Made by a program: the position numbers and the translations under genes. The notes below the pieces were generated by a model. It saw nothing but the letters and a program-made list of their open reading frames with translations. It did not search any database and had not been told where the DNA came from. Shown here one piece after another: positions 1 to 10,406 of a DNA stretch of 64,000 bases (the first letter of the stretch is position 1; each line of letters starts with the position of its first letter). The stretch is from the NCBI GenBank assembly GCA_963662545.2, contig CAXXLL010000003.1:704001-768000 (forward strand). Direction: 5' to 3'. The stretch comes from Gammaproteobacteria bacterium. GTDB lineage: Bacteria; Pseudomonadota; Gammaproteobacteria; Ga0077536.

Positions 1-1
1 T

Positions 2-406
2 GGCGATTCGGGGTTGAGCCCACTTGAGCGGGAAATGATCGCGGTGGTCGTGTCCTCTTACAATCACTGCTTTTATTGCCTCACCGCCCACGGCAGCGCG
101 GTGCGCGATTATTCCGGGGATCCCGCGCTCGGCGAATTGTTGGTGATGAATTATCGCGCCGGTGACCTGTCCGCAAGGCATCGTGCGATGCTGGACTTCG
201 CCGTCAAGGTAACCGAGCTGAGCCACGAGATTGAGGAGTCCGATCGCCAGGCGCTGCGCGACGCAGGGTTCAGCGAGAAGGATATCTGGGACATCGCCAA
301 CGTCGCCGGGTTTTACAACATGACCAACCGCGTGGCCAGTGCGGTGGACATGCAACCCAACGAGGAATACCACGCCGCACACCGTACGGCGCCGACCGAG
401 AATTGA
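2..406 (+). CDS. AhpD-like peroxidase-related enzyme (5'-truncated by window edge)
   Basis: EMIAVVVS..NHCFYCLTAHG CxxC motif and NMTNR motif of AhpD/CMD-fold peroxidase-related proteins; frame is open to the window start. Confidence 0.85.
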   Translation, partial: GDSGLSPLEREMIAVVVSSYNHCFYCLTAHGSAVRDYSGDPALGELLVMNYRAGDLSARHRAMLDFAVKVTELSHEIEESDRQALRDAGFSEKDIWDIANVAGFYNMTNRVASAVDMQPNEEYHAAHRTAPTEN

Positions 407-414
407 ATCGCGCG

Positions 415-576
415 CTAGTGCGCCGTCCCGTGAAAAACTTTCATAATTCGCTGGTCTTTTTCGTCCCCAGCCGCGCTCGTCCTTGCGTAGAGCCCGCTAC
501 GCGGCGTCCTCGCGCCTTGCCAGGAACGAAAAATCCGGTGCGACTTACGCAAGTTTTTCACGGGACGGCACACTAG
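415..576. mobile_element. Miniature inverted-repeat element (MITE-like), family A
   Basis: 26-bp terminal inverted repeat ctagtgcgccgtcccgtgaaaaactt / aagtttttcacgggacggcacactag (1 mismatch), CTAG at both ends, nested internal stems, central cgtagagcccgctacg hairpin. Confidence 0.8.
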
Positions 577-610
577 CCTTCACTACGGATCGCACCGGAA
601 CCCGAATCGC

Positions 611-2044
611 ATGAATCCAAGATCCCGAGCCGCCGCGGCGGCGATGTGGCTGGCCTGTGTCGCCTTTATCACCCACGCGGCACAAGCCGACCTGCCACCG
701 AAGATCCAAGCCATCATCGACGGTCACCGCATCCCGTCAGACGGGGTCAGCATCGTCGTCCAGGCCGTCGACGAGGATGCGCCGCGCCTCGCGCTCAATG
801 CCGATACGCCGCGCAACCCGGCGTCGGCCGTGAAGCTCGTCACCACGTGGACAGCGCTCGACATGCTCGGGCCCACTCACACCTGGCGCACGCGGGTCTA
901 TGCGCTGGGGCCGATCGAAGACGGCGTATTAAAGGGCGATCTGCTGATCAAGGGGTATGGCGATCCGTATCTCGTGCTCGAAGATTTCTGGAAGCTCGTC
1001 GGTGACATCCGCCGGAAGGGGATCCGCGACATCGAGGGGGATCTGCTGCTGGACGACAGCCTGTTTGAGATCGACGGGGACGGCCCCGGCGCGTTCGACG
1101 GCGAAGCCTACCGCCTGTACAACGTTCTGCCGAGCGCGTTGATGGTAAATTTCAAATCCTTCGACTTCGTCTTCCATCCGAATGCGGCAACGAACACGCT
1201 CACCATCGAAGCGAATCCGAGATTGCCTAACTTGAAGATCACCAACAGCGTGAAGCTCGTCAGCGGCCCGTGCCGCGGCAACGCGATCCGCTTGATCATG
1301 GACGTCGCCGACGCCAAGACCGCGGACCACGTAATCTTTTCCGGCCGGCTGCCATTCGCCTGCCGCAATTACAAACTGTCACGCAGCATCATGACGCCGG
1401 CGGCGTATGCGTACGGCACGTTCCGGATGCTCTGGCAGCAATGGGGCGGCTCACTCCAGGGCGGCTATGGCAAAAGCGTCGCACCACAGGGCGCCCGGCC
1501 GTTGTTCACCTGGCGATCGCGGCCGCTCGGCGAGATCATCCGTCCGCTGAACAAATGGAGCAATAACGTCATGACGCGTCTACTGCTCTATACCATCGGC
1601 GAGACGAGCAACAATCCCCCGATCACGCGCGCCGACGGCGCGGCTGCACTGACCGCGCATCTCGCCAAGCGCGGGCTCGACACCAGCAGCCTCGTCATCG
1701 ATAACGGCTCGGGGCTGTCGCGAAATACGCGCGTGTCGGCGGGGTTCATGGTCAGTTTGCTCGATCTCGCCTGGCATTCGCCCACCATGCCGGAATACAT
1801 CGCGTCCCTCTCGATCCCCGGCAAGGACGGTACCATGCGAAGACGCTTTCGCGGGCGCGCCGAGTCGGGGCGAATGCACTTGAAGACCGGCCGCCTCGAT
1901 GACGTGGTCGCGATCGCTGGCTACGTTCATGCCAAGAGCGGCACGACGTTCATGGTGTGTATGATCGCAAACTATCGCAACGCACATCGCGGTCCGGGGC
2001 GGGCACTGCAGGAAGCGGTGCTGTCGTGGACCTATCGTCAGTGA
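611..2044 (+). CDS. dacB: D-Ala-D-Ala carboxypeptidase/endopeptidase PBP4 (peptidase S13)
   Basis: Signal peptide; PASAVK (SxxK), WSNN (SxN), LKTG motifs; GYGDPYL and DNGSGLSR. Confidence 0.92.
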   Translation: MNPRSRAAAAAMWLACVAFITHAAQADLPPKIQAIIDGHRIPSDGVSIVVQAVDEDAPRLALNADTPRNPASAVKLVTTWTALDMLGPTHTWRTRVYALGPIEDGVLKGDLLIKGYGDPYLVLEDFWKLVGDIRRKGIRDIEGDLLLDDSLFEIDGDGPGAFDGEAYRLYNVLPSALMVNFKSFDFVFHPNAATNTLTIEANPRLPNLKITNSVKLVSGPCRGNAIRLIMDVADAKTADHVIFSGRLPFACRNYKLSRSIMTPAAYAYGTFRMLWQQWGGSLQGGYGKSVAPQGARPLFTWRSRPLGEIIRPLNKWSNNVMTRLLLYTIGETSNNPPITRADGAAALTAHLAKRGLDTSSLVIDNGSGLSRNTRVSAGFMVSLLDLAWHSPTMPEYIASLSIPGKDGTMRRRFRGRAESGRMHLKTGRLDDVVAIAGYVHAKSGTTFMVCMIANYRNAHRGPGRALQEAVLSWTYRQ

Positions 2045-2053
2045 CGTACCTAA

Positions 2054-2215
2054 GGAACCTCTGAATAAGTCAAGGTCCCTCTGCCTTGCCCATGAAATCG
2101 CGGAGCCTTAACTGACGAAGCTTGCCCATAGTCCCCGCTATGGCCTGCGATTCGTGCCTTGCTCTGCACCATTGCATGAACCATTCAGACGCACCATGAC
2201 TTATTCAGAGGTTCC
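2054..2215. mobile_element. MITE-like element, family B (IS5-like ends), copy 1
   Basis: Perfect 19-bp IR ggaacctctgaataagtca / tgacttattcagaggttcc, flanked by a CTAA direct repeat (2050-2053, 2216-2219); related copy at 17655-17817. Confidence 0.85.
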
Positions 2216-2306
2216 CTAATTGTGGTGGAATCCCTGGCGGACGGTATCATGGGCATGAGCCCACCCGCGTACGAATAGCAAAGCTATCGGATAAGAGACC
2301 CAGGAC

Positions 2307-3617
2307 ATGAGCAACGAACGAAAAAACGATCCGGCCGGTGCCGCCGCACTCGAAACCGCCGGTAAGACCTACCAATTTCCAGTGCTCGAAGGCGCAGTCG
2401 GCCCGAGCGTGATCGACATCTCGAAGCTCTACGCGCGAACCGGTCAGTTCACCTACGACCCAGGCTTCACTTCGACCGCGAGTTGCGAGTCGAAGATCAC
2501 CTACATCGATGGTGATGCGGGCATTTTGCTATATCGAGGCTATCCTATCGAACAACTCGCGCTGCAAAGTAATTTTTTGGAAACGGTTTACCTCCTGCTG
2601 AACGGCGAGCTGCCGACGCCGGTAGAATTTGAGGAGTTTGCCTACGCCATCACGCGTCACACGATGGTCCACGAAGACCTGCGGACGTTCTTCTCAGGAT
2701 TTCGTCCCGACGCCCATCCGATGGCCATCATGTGCGGCGTGGTCGGCGCACTGTCCGCGTTCTACCACGATTCGACAGACATCAACGACCCCTACCAGCG
2801 TCTGGTGGCGAGCCGCAGGTTGATCGCCAAGATGCCGACCATCGCCGCGATGGCTTACAAATACTCGATCGGTGAGCCCTTCGTTTATCCGCGCAATGAC
2901 CTGGGATACGCAACCAATTTCCTGCATATGTGCTTCGCGAGACCCTCGGCTGAGTACGAGGTCAACCCAACGTTCGCCGGGGCGATGGACCGGATCTTCA
3001 TCCTGCATGCCGATCACGAGCAGAATGCCTCGACTTCGACCGTGCGCCTGGCGAGTTCCTCGGGTGCCAACCCGTTCGCCTGCATTGCCGCGGGGATCGC
3101 CTGCCTGTGGGGTCCCGCGCACGGCGGGGCCAATGAGGCGGCGCTCAAAATGCTCAGCGAGATCGGCTCCGTCGACCGCATCCCCGAATTCGTCGAACGC
3201 GCGAAGGACAAGAACGATCCCTTCCGCCTGATGGGCTTCGGGCACCGGGTCTACAAAAACTACGATCCGCGCGCGCGGGTCATGCAGAAAACTTGTCACG
3301 AAGTGCTGAACGAACTCGGCATCACGGACGACCCCTTGCTCGATGTAGCAATAGAACTCGAAAAGATCGCGTTGTCGGACGAGTACTTCGTCGAAAAGAA
3401 GCTGTATCCCAACATCGACTTCTATTCGGGCATCACCTTGAAGGCGATGGGCTTTCCGACCACGATGTTCACTGCGCTGTTTGCACTGGCGCGCACCGTC
3501 GGTTGGGTCGCGCAATGGATCGAGATGATCGAAGATCCAAGCCAGAAAATCGGGCGCCCGCGCCAGTTGTATACCGGATACACGCAGCGCGATTTCGTGC
3601 CGATGTCGGCGCGCTGA
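2307..3617 (+). CDS. gltA: Citrate synthase (hexameric type)
   Basis: [57 protein letters not shown]. Confidence 0.97.
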   Translation: MSNERKNDPAGAAALETAGKTYQFPVLEGAVGPSVIDISKLYARTGQFTYDPGFTSTASCESKITYIDGDAGILLYRGYPIEQLALQSNFLETVYLLLNGELPTPVEFEEFAYAITRHTMVHEDLRTFFSGFRPDAHPMAIMCGVVGALSAFYHDSTDINDPYQRLVASRRLIAKMPTIAAMAYKYSIGEPFVYPRNDLGYATNFLHMCFARPSAEYEVNPTFAGAMDRIFILHADHEQNASTSTVRLASSSGANPFACIAAGIACLWGPAHGGANEAALKMLSEIGSVDRIPEFVERAKDKNDPFRLMGFGHRVYKNYDPRARVMQKTCHEVLNELGITDDPLLDVAIELEKIALSDEYFVEKKLYPNIDFYSGITLKAMGFPTTMFTALFALARTVGWVAQWIEMIEDPSQKIGRPRQLYTGYTQRDFVPMSAR

Positions 3618-3651
3618 ATTGCAACTGACGCGATCTGTTCGGAAGACCTAT

Positions 3652-4812
3652 TTAGAATCCCGCTGTCAACGCCTCGTTCATGCGCTCTAGAATTTTATCG
3701 AGCAGCACCCGCGAAGTAGCGAAGTTGAGACGCACGAAACCCTTACCCGCTTCGCCGAACCTTCTGCCGTCACTCAGAGCGACACGCGCCTTTTTCAGGA
3801 AAAACTCATAAGGCGACGGTTTCAGCGTCAGCGCGCGCATATCCAGCCACGCAAGATAAGTGGCTTCAGGCGGGAAATACGCGATATCCGGCCATTGCGC
3901 GCGGCAGTAGCCGGCAAGGTGATCACGGTTGTCACGTAGATAATTCAAGGCCTCGTCCAACCACGGCTGCGACTGCGTCCAGGCCGCCCGCACCGCCGCC
4001 ATGCTCAGGGTATTGAGACCGCCGCGCGTATGCGGCGGCATGGCTTTGAAGCGATGGCGGAGCGCGTCGTTCTCGATCACGGCGAAAGCGAGACAGAGGC
4101 CCGCGATGTTAAAGGCCTTACTCGCCGACATCAGGGTCACCGTACGCTGAGCGACTTCGGCATCCAATGTCGCGATGGGAATATGGGGACGATCGTCCAG
4201 CACGAGATCGGCGTGGATCTCGTCCGATACGATCACGAGGTCGTGGCGGCAGGCGATCGTGGCGAGGCGCTCGAGTTCCTCCCGGTCGAAAGCACGGCCG
4301 GTCGGGTTGTGCGGGTTGCAGAAGAGGATAAGCCGCGTGCTCGAATCGAGTGCTGATTCGAGGCGATCGAAATCGATCTCATAACGCGATTTTCCCGCTT
4401 CCAGCGGGCACAGGATCCCCCGCCGCCGAGTCAGATCAACCGCGCGAAGAAAGGGTGGATAGATCGGTGTCTGAATCACCGCGCCCTCGCCTTCAGCCGA
4501 GAGGGTCTGCAAGCACATGTAAATCCCCTGTACGACGTCGTTGAGCACCTCGACTGCGACGGGATCGATCTGCCAGCCGAAACGACTCGCGATGCGCTCG
4601 GCAAACATCTCGTGCAGGCCGGAGCGACGCTCGAGCATGGGGTACCCGAGGTCGACGTTTGCGAGGCGTTCGTCGAGCGCCGCACGGATCGGCGGTGCGA
4701 TCTCAAAGTCCATGTCGGCGACCCAGGCCGGCAGAATGTCGGCTGGATAACGTTGCCACTTCTCGCCCGTGCGACGGCGCAGTTTCGATTCATTGGTGTC
4801 GGCGTGAAACAT
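3652..4812 (-). CDS. PLP-dependent MalY/PatB family C-S lyase (cystathionine beta-lyase-like)
   Basis: AWVADMDF, CNPHNPTG, SDEIHADL, SASKAFNIAG (PLP Lys), FVRLNFAT. Confidence 0.9.
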   Translation of the reverse strand: MFHADTNESKLRRRTGEKWQRYPADILPAWVADMDFEIAPPIRAALDERLANVDLGYPMLERRSGLHEMFAERIASRFGWQIDPVAVEVLNDVVQGIYMCLQTLSAEGEGAVIQTPIYPPFLRAVDLTRRRGILCPLEAGKSRYEIDFDRLESALDSSTRLILFCNPHNPTGRAFDREELERLATIACRHDLVIVSDEIHADLVLDDRPHIPIATLDAEVAQRTVTLMSASKAFNIAGLCLAFAVIENDALRHRFKAMPPHTRGGLNTLSMAAVRAAWTQSQPWLDEALNYLRDNRDHLAGYCRAQWPDIAYFPPEATYLAWLDMRALTLKPSPYEFFLKKARVALSDGRRFGEAGKGFVRLNFATSRVLLDKILERMNEALTAGF

Positions 4813-4827
4813 GGGGCGCGAGTCTAG

Positions 4828-4987
4828 CAGCCTGTCGGACTTAGGAAGAATTGACTTGGGCGTTGGGATAGCGGTCCAAATGCGCCATGGTTTTCGTTAA
4901 ATAGCCCCGCTATTCGCCTCAAACCATGACACATTTGGCCTCGCTCTCCCAACCGCCTCGCTACGATTCCCTAAGTCCGACAGGCTG
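4828..4987. mobile_element. MITE-like element, family C
   Basis: Perfect 18-bp IR cagcctgtcggacttagg / cctaagtccgacaggctg with CTAG on both sides (4824-4827, 4988-4991); internal fold-back with aatagccccgctatt apex. Confidence 0.85.
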
Positions 4988-5020
4988 CTAGCGCTTACGC
5001 CGAGGCTTGGCGAACCGACG

Positions 5021-5037
5021 ATGTAATAATATTACAT
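5021..5037. promoter_or_regulatory. Putative Zur box (perfect 8-1-8 palindrome)
   Basis: atgtaata-a-tattacat resembles the proteobacterial Zur consensus ATGTTATA-N-TATAACAT; zur lies about 0.9 kb away. Confidence 0.65.
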
Positions 5038-5045
5038 TATTAGGC

Positions 5046-5834
5046 TTAGGAGACAGTCCCACCGTTGCCGTGGATAATCAGGTTGATCATCAATCCGACA
5101 GTGATCAGCGCGAGCTGAATGATGGTGTCGCTGGCCTTGAGGTTGCGGTTCAAACTCGGCATCAAATCCGCCACGGCAACGTAGATAAAACTCGCTGCCG
5201 TGAATGCGAGCAAGTAGGGAATGAGGTCGGTGATCAAATCCACGGCAATCCAGGCGACGCCGACCCCGATCACCATCGCGAGCGAAGTCAGAAGGTTGAG
5301 CGCAAAAGCCCGCGCGCGTGAATAGCCGCTGTTGATCAGAATCGCGAAATCTCCGAGTTCCTGAGGAATTTCATGGGCGATCACGGCGAGGGCGGTGATG
5401 ACGCCGAGCCGGAAATCGGCGACGAAAGCGGCCGTGATCAAGGCGCCGTCGAGAAAATTGTGAAACGAATCTCCGATGAGGATCAACGAACCAGCCGGCC
5501 GCTCGCCGGCGTGGATGCGCGCGCCGCCCTCGTGCGCATCAGCGATGTGATGGTGATGCCGCCAGATGAGCCCTTTCTCCAACAGAAAAAAAGTCAAAAT
5601 AGCGATCAACACCGTTGCCATCAGCCCTTTGGCCTGGCCCGATGCAAGCTCGAGCGCTTCGGGCAGCAAGTGCAGAAAGCCCGCGCCCAGCAGCATGCCA
5701 GTGGCGAAACTGACTAGATAATCGAGCGAGCGATCCCGCATCCGCTTGGGCAGCAGCAGATAAAGTGCTGCCGCGGCCAGGCTCAGGAGGCTGCCGAGTA
5801 CGCTGAAGGCGAGTATCCAAGCGAGAAGATTCAT
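5046..5834 (-). CDS. ZIP family zinc/metal transporter
   Basis: Multiple TM helices, His-rich loop HHHH, FHNFLDG and AHEIPQELGDF motifs. Confidence 0.92.
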   Translation of the reverse strand: MNLLAWILAFSVLGSLLSLAAAALYLLLPKRMRDRSLDYLVSFATGMLLGAGFLHLLPEALELASGQAKGLMATVLIAILTFFLLEKGLIWRHHHHIADAHEGGARIHAGERPAGSLILIGDSFHNFLDGALITAAFVADFRLGVITALAVIAHEIPQELGDFAILINSGYSRARAFALNLLTSLAMVIGVGVAWIAVDLITDLIPYLLAFTAASFIYVAVADLMPSLNRNLKASDTIIQLALITVGLMINLIIHGNGGTVS

Positions 5835-5873
5835 GAACTGAGGAGGTGAGTCAGCGATCGGGCGACAGGATGG

Positions 5874-5890
5874 ATGTTATAGTATCACAT
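5874..5890. promoter_or_regulatory. Zur box between divergent ZIP transporter and zur
   Basis: atgttata-g-tatcacat, one mismatch from the Zur consensus, 40 bp upstream of the ZIP start. Confidence 0.75.
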
Positions 5891-5963
5891 TCGATCAACA
5901 CGCCCATCGAGGCGCAGGCGGCACCGGCATCGATACTGCCGCGCCCCGCGGGAGGGAGCATTC

Positions 5964-6452
5964 ATGGCGCGCCGAGGCGTTATCCAAGATTTCGTCGATG
6001 ACAAACACGATCACGCAAGCTGCGTCGAGGACGCGTTGCAGCGGGCCGAGGTCTTATGCGGCGAGCGCGGCGAACGCCTGACTCCTTTGCGCCGCCGCGT
6101 TCTCGAACTCGTCTGGGACAACCATCAACCGGTTAAAGCCTACGAGCTGCTGGCCATGCTGGCCGGGGAACGCAAACGGGCTGCTCCGCCGACCGTCTAT
6201 CGGGCGCTAGATTTTCTACGCGATGCAGGACTCGTGCATAAAATTGAGTCCTTGAATGCGTTCATTGGCTGCGCCAAGCCCGACCGCCGCCATTGTGCGC
6301 AATTTTTGATCTGCATTGGTTGCGGCGCGGTGGCCGAAATGGATGACCCGGCGCTGACCGGAAAAATTGCCGCCAATGCGAAACGCCTGGGTTTTCGCGT
6401 GCACCAGGAAACCATCGAGGTTGAGGGCTATTGTGGTTCTTGCGCGGGCTAA
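5964..6452 (+). CDS. zur: Fur family zinc uptake regulator
   Basis: HDHASC, RLTPLRRRVL, AYELL, PPTVYRALDFL, HKIESLNAF, two CxxC motifs. Confidence 0.9.
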   Translation: MARRGVIQDFVDDKHDHASCVEDALQRAEVLCGERGERLTPLRRRVLELVWDNHQPVKAYELLAMLAGERKRAAPPTVYRALDFLRDAGLVHKIESLNAFIGCAKPDRRHCAQFLICIGCGAVAEMDDPALTGKIAANAKRLGFRVHQETIEVEGYCGSCAG

Positions 6453-6459
6453 GAAGGAT

Positions 6460-7266
6460 TCAGACTTTCTCCACCAGCCTTATTGGCGCTCCGCGCCCAA
6501 TGCCAAGGAATTCAGCCGCGTTCTGTTCCGCACGGGCGATCTCCAATACGCCGAAAGAATTAATCAGTGCAATGAGATCGCCCGGCGAGACGTCGCCGTA
6601 GGTACGGCCAAAATCGATATCGTGACCACCCGCCTTGACCACCGGGTCTTTGAACGCGTCCAGGTCTTCGCGCGTAACATTAGTGATGAGATTACCGAAA
6701 TGGTCGCTGGTGATGACGACTCCGACGAATTGCGCGCCGCGCTGCTCGGCAGGCTCGATGATCGAGGGGATGTAGTCCAATGTCGGCTGCCCGAGATCAT
6801 CGCGATTCAATGTGCCCGATGCGATCGCGGCTGCCAAGGGTGCGAATATGTCGCGCCCGTGAAATGTTGCGCTCACGTCTTCGAGGCGGCAAGCATCGAT
6901 GATCGCGTCAGAAAGGTGATAGACCTCCGCGTTCGAACGATCGATGGCTTCGGCGATCAGGCCGTTGTCAGGCGCGAGAAATGCGTGACCTGCGCCGAGC
7001 GCCAGCAACACGTTACGGTCGGTTCCGACGCCGGGATCGACGACCGCCAGGTGCACCGTGCCGGGCGGAAAATAGTGATACGATCGCGCGATCCAAAACC
7101 CTGCTTCGGCCGGCCAGTGAACATGGGCTTCATGGGTCAAATCAATGATCGTGGCCGACGGAAAACGGCTGATGATCACGCCTTTCATGGTCCCGACGAA
7201 CGGCCCGCGGTGACCGAAATCGGTGGTAACGGTAATGACGCCGCTTGGCTCGAATGGTGTGCTCAT
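6460..7266 (-). CDS. SAM hydroxide adenosyltransferase / chlorinase-fluorinase family (DUF62)
   Basis: ITVTTDFG, VHLAVVDPGVG, APDNG, SATFHGRDIFAP, DHFGNLITN, NSFGVLEIA; start reassigned to ATG 7266 with a GGGGAG RBS. Confidence 0.88.
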   Translation of the reverse strand: MSTPFEPSGVITVTTDFGHRGPFVGTMKGVIISRFPSATIIDLTHEAHVHWPAEAGFWIARSYHYFPPGTVHLAVVDPGVGTDRNVLLALGAGHAFLAPDNGLIAEAIDRSNAEVYHLSDAIIDACRLEDVSATFHGRDIFAPLAAAIASGTLNRDDLGQPTLDYIPSIIEPAEQRGAQFVGVVITSDHFGNLITNVTREDLDAFKDPVVKAGGHDIDFGRTYGDVSPGDLIALINSFGVLEIARAEQNAAEFLGIGRGAPIRLVEKV

Positions 7267-7380
7267 CACTCCCCTATGTGACCGGGTGCGCGTTCGAGAT
7301 GACGCGGTTCGCCGGTTACCCAGGATGATGGGACCAACGATGCATGCGCGCAAGCCTCGCAGCCCCTCCCGATCGACGCG

Positions 7381-8163
7381 ATGACGACGAACGCTGGCGA
7401 GAACGGCAGCCGCAACGCGCGCTACCCGGCGCCCGAGTGGGAAGCAATCGCCTGTCCGGTGTGCAGCGGCGATGATTTCGAACGGCTGTTCGAACGCGAC
7501 GGTGAGCCCTTCGTGCGCTGCACGCGGTGTGGCCTGGCCCTGATCAACCCGCGGCGCGTATTCGAGGACATTCGCGGGCGCTATGACGCCGCGTACAGTC
7601 GCGCCTATGTCCGCAAGGCGGAGAAGAAGCTCAGGCGCAGCCGGCGGCGGGTCAAGCGCCTCACACGCGAATACCGGCTCGAAGGGCGCTGGCTGGATGT
7701 GGGGTGCTCGGCGGGTTTCGTCGTCAAGGCTGCGCAAGAAGCGGGCTTCGAGGCCCACGGCGTTGATATCGAAACGGACGGCATCGATTACGGCAGACAG
7801 GAACTCAAACTCGAACACCTGCATTGCGGACTACTCGAGGAACCCGGTTTCCCGGACCGGCATTTCCAGGCCATCTCACTCTACGATGTGATCGAGCACG
7901 TACCGGATCTAAATGCCTTTTTGCGCGAACTCGAACGCATTCTGGCACCCACCGGCGTGATCGACATCGGCACCCCCGACATCGGGCACTGGCGCGTACC
8001 CCGCGATCTGGCGACCTGGAACGAATTCAAGCCCTCGGAACACCTCTACTACTTCGACCGGGGGACCTTGACGCGCCTGCTGGCAAACAACGGCCTGCGC
8101 ATCGACCGGGTTCGCTTTGCACTCAAACCCGGGCTCAAGGTCTGCGCGCGTCACGCCATTTAA
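7381..8163 (+). CDS. Class I SAM-dependent methyltransferase with N-terminal Zn ribbon
   Basis: CPVC..CTRC; WLDVGCSAG motif I; YDVIEHVPD. Confidence 0.88.
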   Translation: MTTNAGENGSRNARYPAPEWEAIACPVCSGDDFERLFERDGEPFVRCTRCGLALINPRRVFEDIRGRYDAAYSRAYVRKAEKKLRRSRRRVKRLTREYRLEGRWLDVGCSAGFVVKAAQEAGFEAHGVDIETDGIDYGRQELKLEHLHCGLLEEPGFPDRHFQAISLYDVIEHVPDLNAFLRELERILAPTGVIDIGTPDIGHWRVPRDLATWNEFKPSEHLYYFDRGTLTRLLANNGLRIDRVRFALKPGLKVCARHAI

Positions 8164-8272
8164 TACGTGGCGGTACGGGCTTGCAATCAATCGTATAATT
8201 TTGAATGACTGCTCAATTTTCAGCAGATTTAACCGTGCGCCAATAGTGCACCTGATTTCGGCGAGACAGTAG

Positions 8273-10387
8273 TTGAGTTCCTATCTTTGCGGTCTGGACA
8301 TCGGCGGTACATTTACCGATTGCGTGCTGATCGATGAAGACGGCCGGCTCACTATTGCCAAGGCACCTTCGACGCCCGGCAATTTCGCCGAAGGCGTGAT
8401 CGAGGCGATCGAACGCGCGGCGGTCAAGGTCGGCCTCGGGATGTCCGAGTTGCTCGATAACATCAGCGTGCTCTCCCACGGCACCACCATCGGCACCAAT
8501 ACCGTGATCCAGCGCAAAGGCGCCAAAGTCGGCTTGCTCACAACCAAGGGCCATAGCGACGTCATCCACATCATGCGCGGTTCGCGGGGCCTGTCGGGCC
8601 AGGACATCAAGCTCATCGTGCACTTCCCCGAGAGCAGCAAACCCGATCCCCTGATCCCGAAGCGCCTCATCCGCGGGATCTCCGAACGCGTCGACTGCTT
8701 CGGCAAGGTCGTGGTCGAACTCAATGAGGACGAAGCGCGGTCCGCCATCCGATCTTTGCGTGACGCCGGCTGCGAGGCGCTCGCGATCTGCTGCCTGTGG
8801 TCGTTTCTCGAACCCAAGCACGAGCAGCGCATCAAGGCGCTCGCCGAAGAAATTGCGCCCGATCTCTACATTACCTGCTCGACTGAACTCGCGCCCAAAT
8901 GGGGTGAGTACGAACGTACGACTGCGGTTGCGCTAAACGCCTATATCGGGCCAATCACCGTCGGTTATGTGACGCGGCTCGATCGGCAGTTAAAGGATCT
9001 CGGCTACAAACCGCCGCTGCAGATTACGCAGTGCGCGGGCGGTACGATCACCGTCAGCAAATCGCAGCAAGCCCCCCTGCTAACGCTCGATTCAGGACCC
9101 GTATCCGGCGTGATGGGCTCGGTTTATCTCGGCGGCATCATGGACTGCCCCAACGTCATCACCACCGATCTCGGCGGCACCTCCTTCGACGTCGGTGTCA
9201 TTCACAAGGGCGAACCCGTGGTGTCCTACAAGAGCGTCGTGCACCAGTACGAATACTTTCTGCCTAAAGTCGATGTGCAGACGCTTGGCACCGGCGGCGG
9301 CAGCAAGGTTTGGCTGGACGAGGCGACCCGGTCTCTGCGCGTAGGGCCGGAGAGTGCCGGTGCCGATCCGGGGCCCGTTTGCTATGGCAAAGGCGGGACG
9401 ATACCGACCATGACCGATGCCGATCTCGTCCTCGGCTATCTTGATCCTGATAACTTCGCCGGTGGGACAATGAAGCTCGACCGGGATGCGGCCTGTGCCG
9501 CCCTCGCAGACTTCGCCGAAAAACTCACCATGAGCGTCTACGAACTGGCGAGCGGCGTCGCCACTATCGCCGAGTTCCAGATGGCGGATCTCATTCGTAA
9601 GGTCACGGTGCAGAAAGGCCTCGACCCCCGCGATTTCGTCGTCTTCGCGTTCGGCGGTGCCGGCCCCGTGCACATGGGTGTCGCTGCACGCGAACTAGGG
9701 GTCAGCAAGGTGATCGTGCCGCAGGGCGACACGGCCGCCGTATGGTGCGCCTTCGGCGCCGCCTCGGCCGACATCCTGCATGTTGACGAACAAGTCAACA
9801 TCATGTCTTCGCCGTTCGATCTCGAACGCGTCAACGGCATCCTCGATGAGCTGTGCGTTAGGGGCCGCGAGCACCTGCTCGACGACGGCGTCGAGGCGGG
9901 CCGCCACCAATTGCGCTTCTCGATCGACATGCGCCACCGCGGACAGATCAACGAAGTCGAGGTCAATCTCGACAGCGGCGTGCTCGACGAGAACGGGCTC
10001 GCAGCGTTGCGGGAGCGCTTCGTCGGTCGTTACGAGGGCTTATACGGGCGCGGCGCCTCACTGCTCGGCGCGCGGCTTGAGATCGTGACCCTGCGCTGCC
10101 GCGCATCCGCTGTCTCGCGCAAGCCGAAACTGGTCCGCGCTAAAGAACTCGTGCCGGATATTGCCGCGGATGCCGAAACCGGCCGACGCGACATTTACTG
10201 GGCGGAATGGAAACGCATCGAATCAACGCCTATATTCGACGGCTACAAACTGCGTCCGGGTAATGCGATCGAGGGCCCCTGCGTAGTCGAGACCATGACA
10301 ACGTCGATGGTGGTGCATCCCGGGCAACGCATTGCGGTCGACGCGCTGGGTAACTTCGTAATCGATCCAAATTACCAACGAGGATAA
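8273..10387 (+). CDS. Hydantoinase/oxoprolinase subunit A (ATP-binding)
   Basis: DIGGTFTD, HGTTIGTN, SGPVSG, DLGGTSFD, GPESAGADPGPVCYG, AFGGAGP. Confidence 0.93.
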   Translation: MSSYLCGLDIGGTFTDCVLIDEDGRLTIAKAPSTPGNFAEGVIEAIERAAVKVGLGMSELLDNISVLSHGTTIGTNTVIQRKGAKVGLLTTKGHSDVIHIMRGSRGLSGQDIKLIVHFPESSKPDPLIPKRLIRGISERVDCFGKVVVELNEDEARSAIRSLRDAGCEALAICCLWSFLEPKHEQRIKALAEEIAPDLYITCSTELAPKWGEYERTTAVALNAYIGPITVGYVTRLDRQLKDLGYKPPLQITQCAGGTITVSKSQQAPLLTLDSGPVSGVMGSVYLGGIMDCPNVITTDLGGTSFDVGVIHKGEPVVSYKSVVHQYEYFLPKVDVQTLGTGGGSKVWLDEATRSLRVGPESAGADPGPVCYGKGGTIPTMTDADLVLGYLDPDNFAGGTMKLDRDAACAALADFAEKLTMSVYELASGVATIAEFQMADLIRKVTVQKGLDPRDFVVFAFGGAGPVHMGVAARELGVSKVIVPQGDTAAVWCAFGAASADILHVDEQVNIMSSPFDLERVNGILDELCVRGREHLLDDGVEAGRHQLRFSIDMRHRGQINEVEVNLDSGVLDENGLAALRERFVGRYEGLYGRGASLLGARLEIVTLRCRASAVSRKPKLVRAKELVPDIAADAETGRRDIYWAEWKRIESTPIFDGYKLRPGNAIEGPCVVETMTTSMVVHPGQRIAVDALGNFVIDPNYQRG

Positions 10388-10406
10388 TTTTTAGATAGGT
10401 CTATTG

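Noticed and set aside
6460-7266. Calling the DUF62 gene a fluorinase or chlorinase
   Set aside because: The TFHGRD motif fits the widespread hydroxide adenosyltransferases, and there is no halometabolite cluster nearby.
6367-7281. 304-aa plus-strand ORF, and the 5' extension of the DUF62 ORF to 7824
   Set aside because: Both overlap well-supported genes on the opposite strand; the DUF62 start at 7266 has an RBS.
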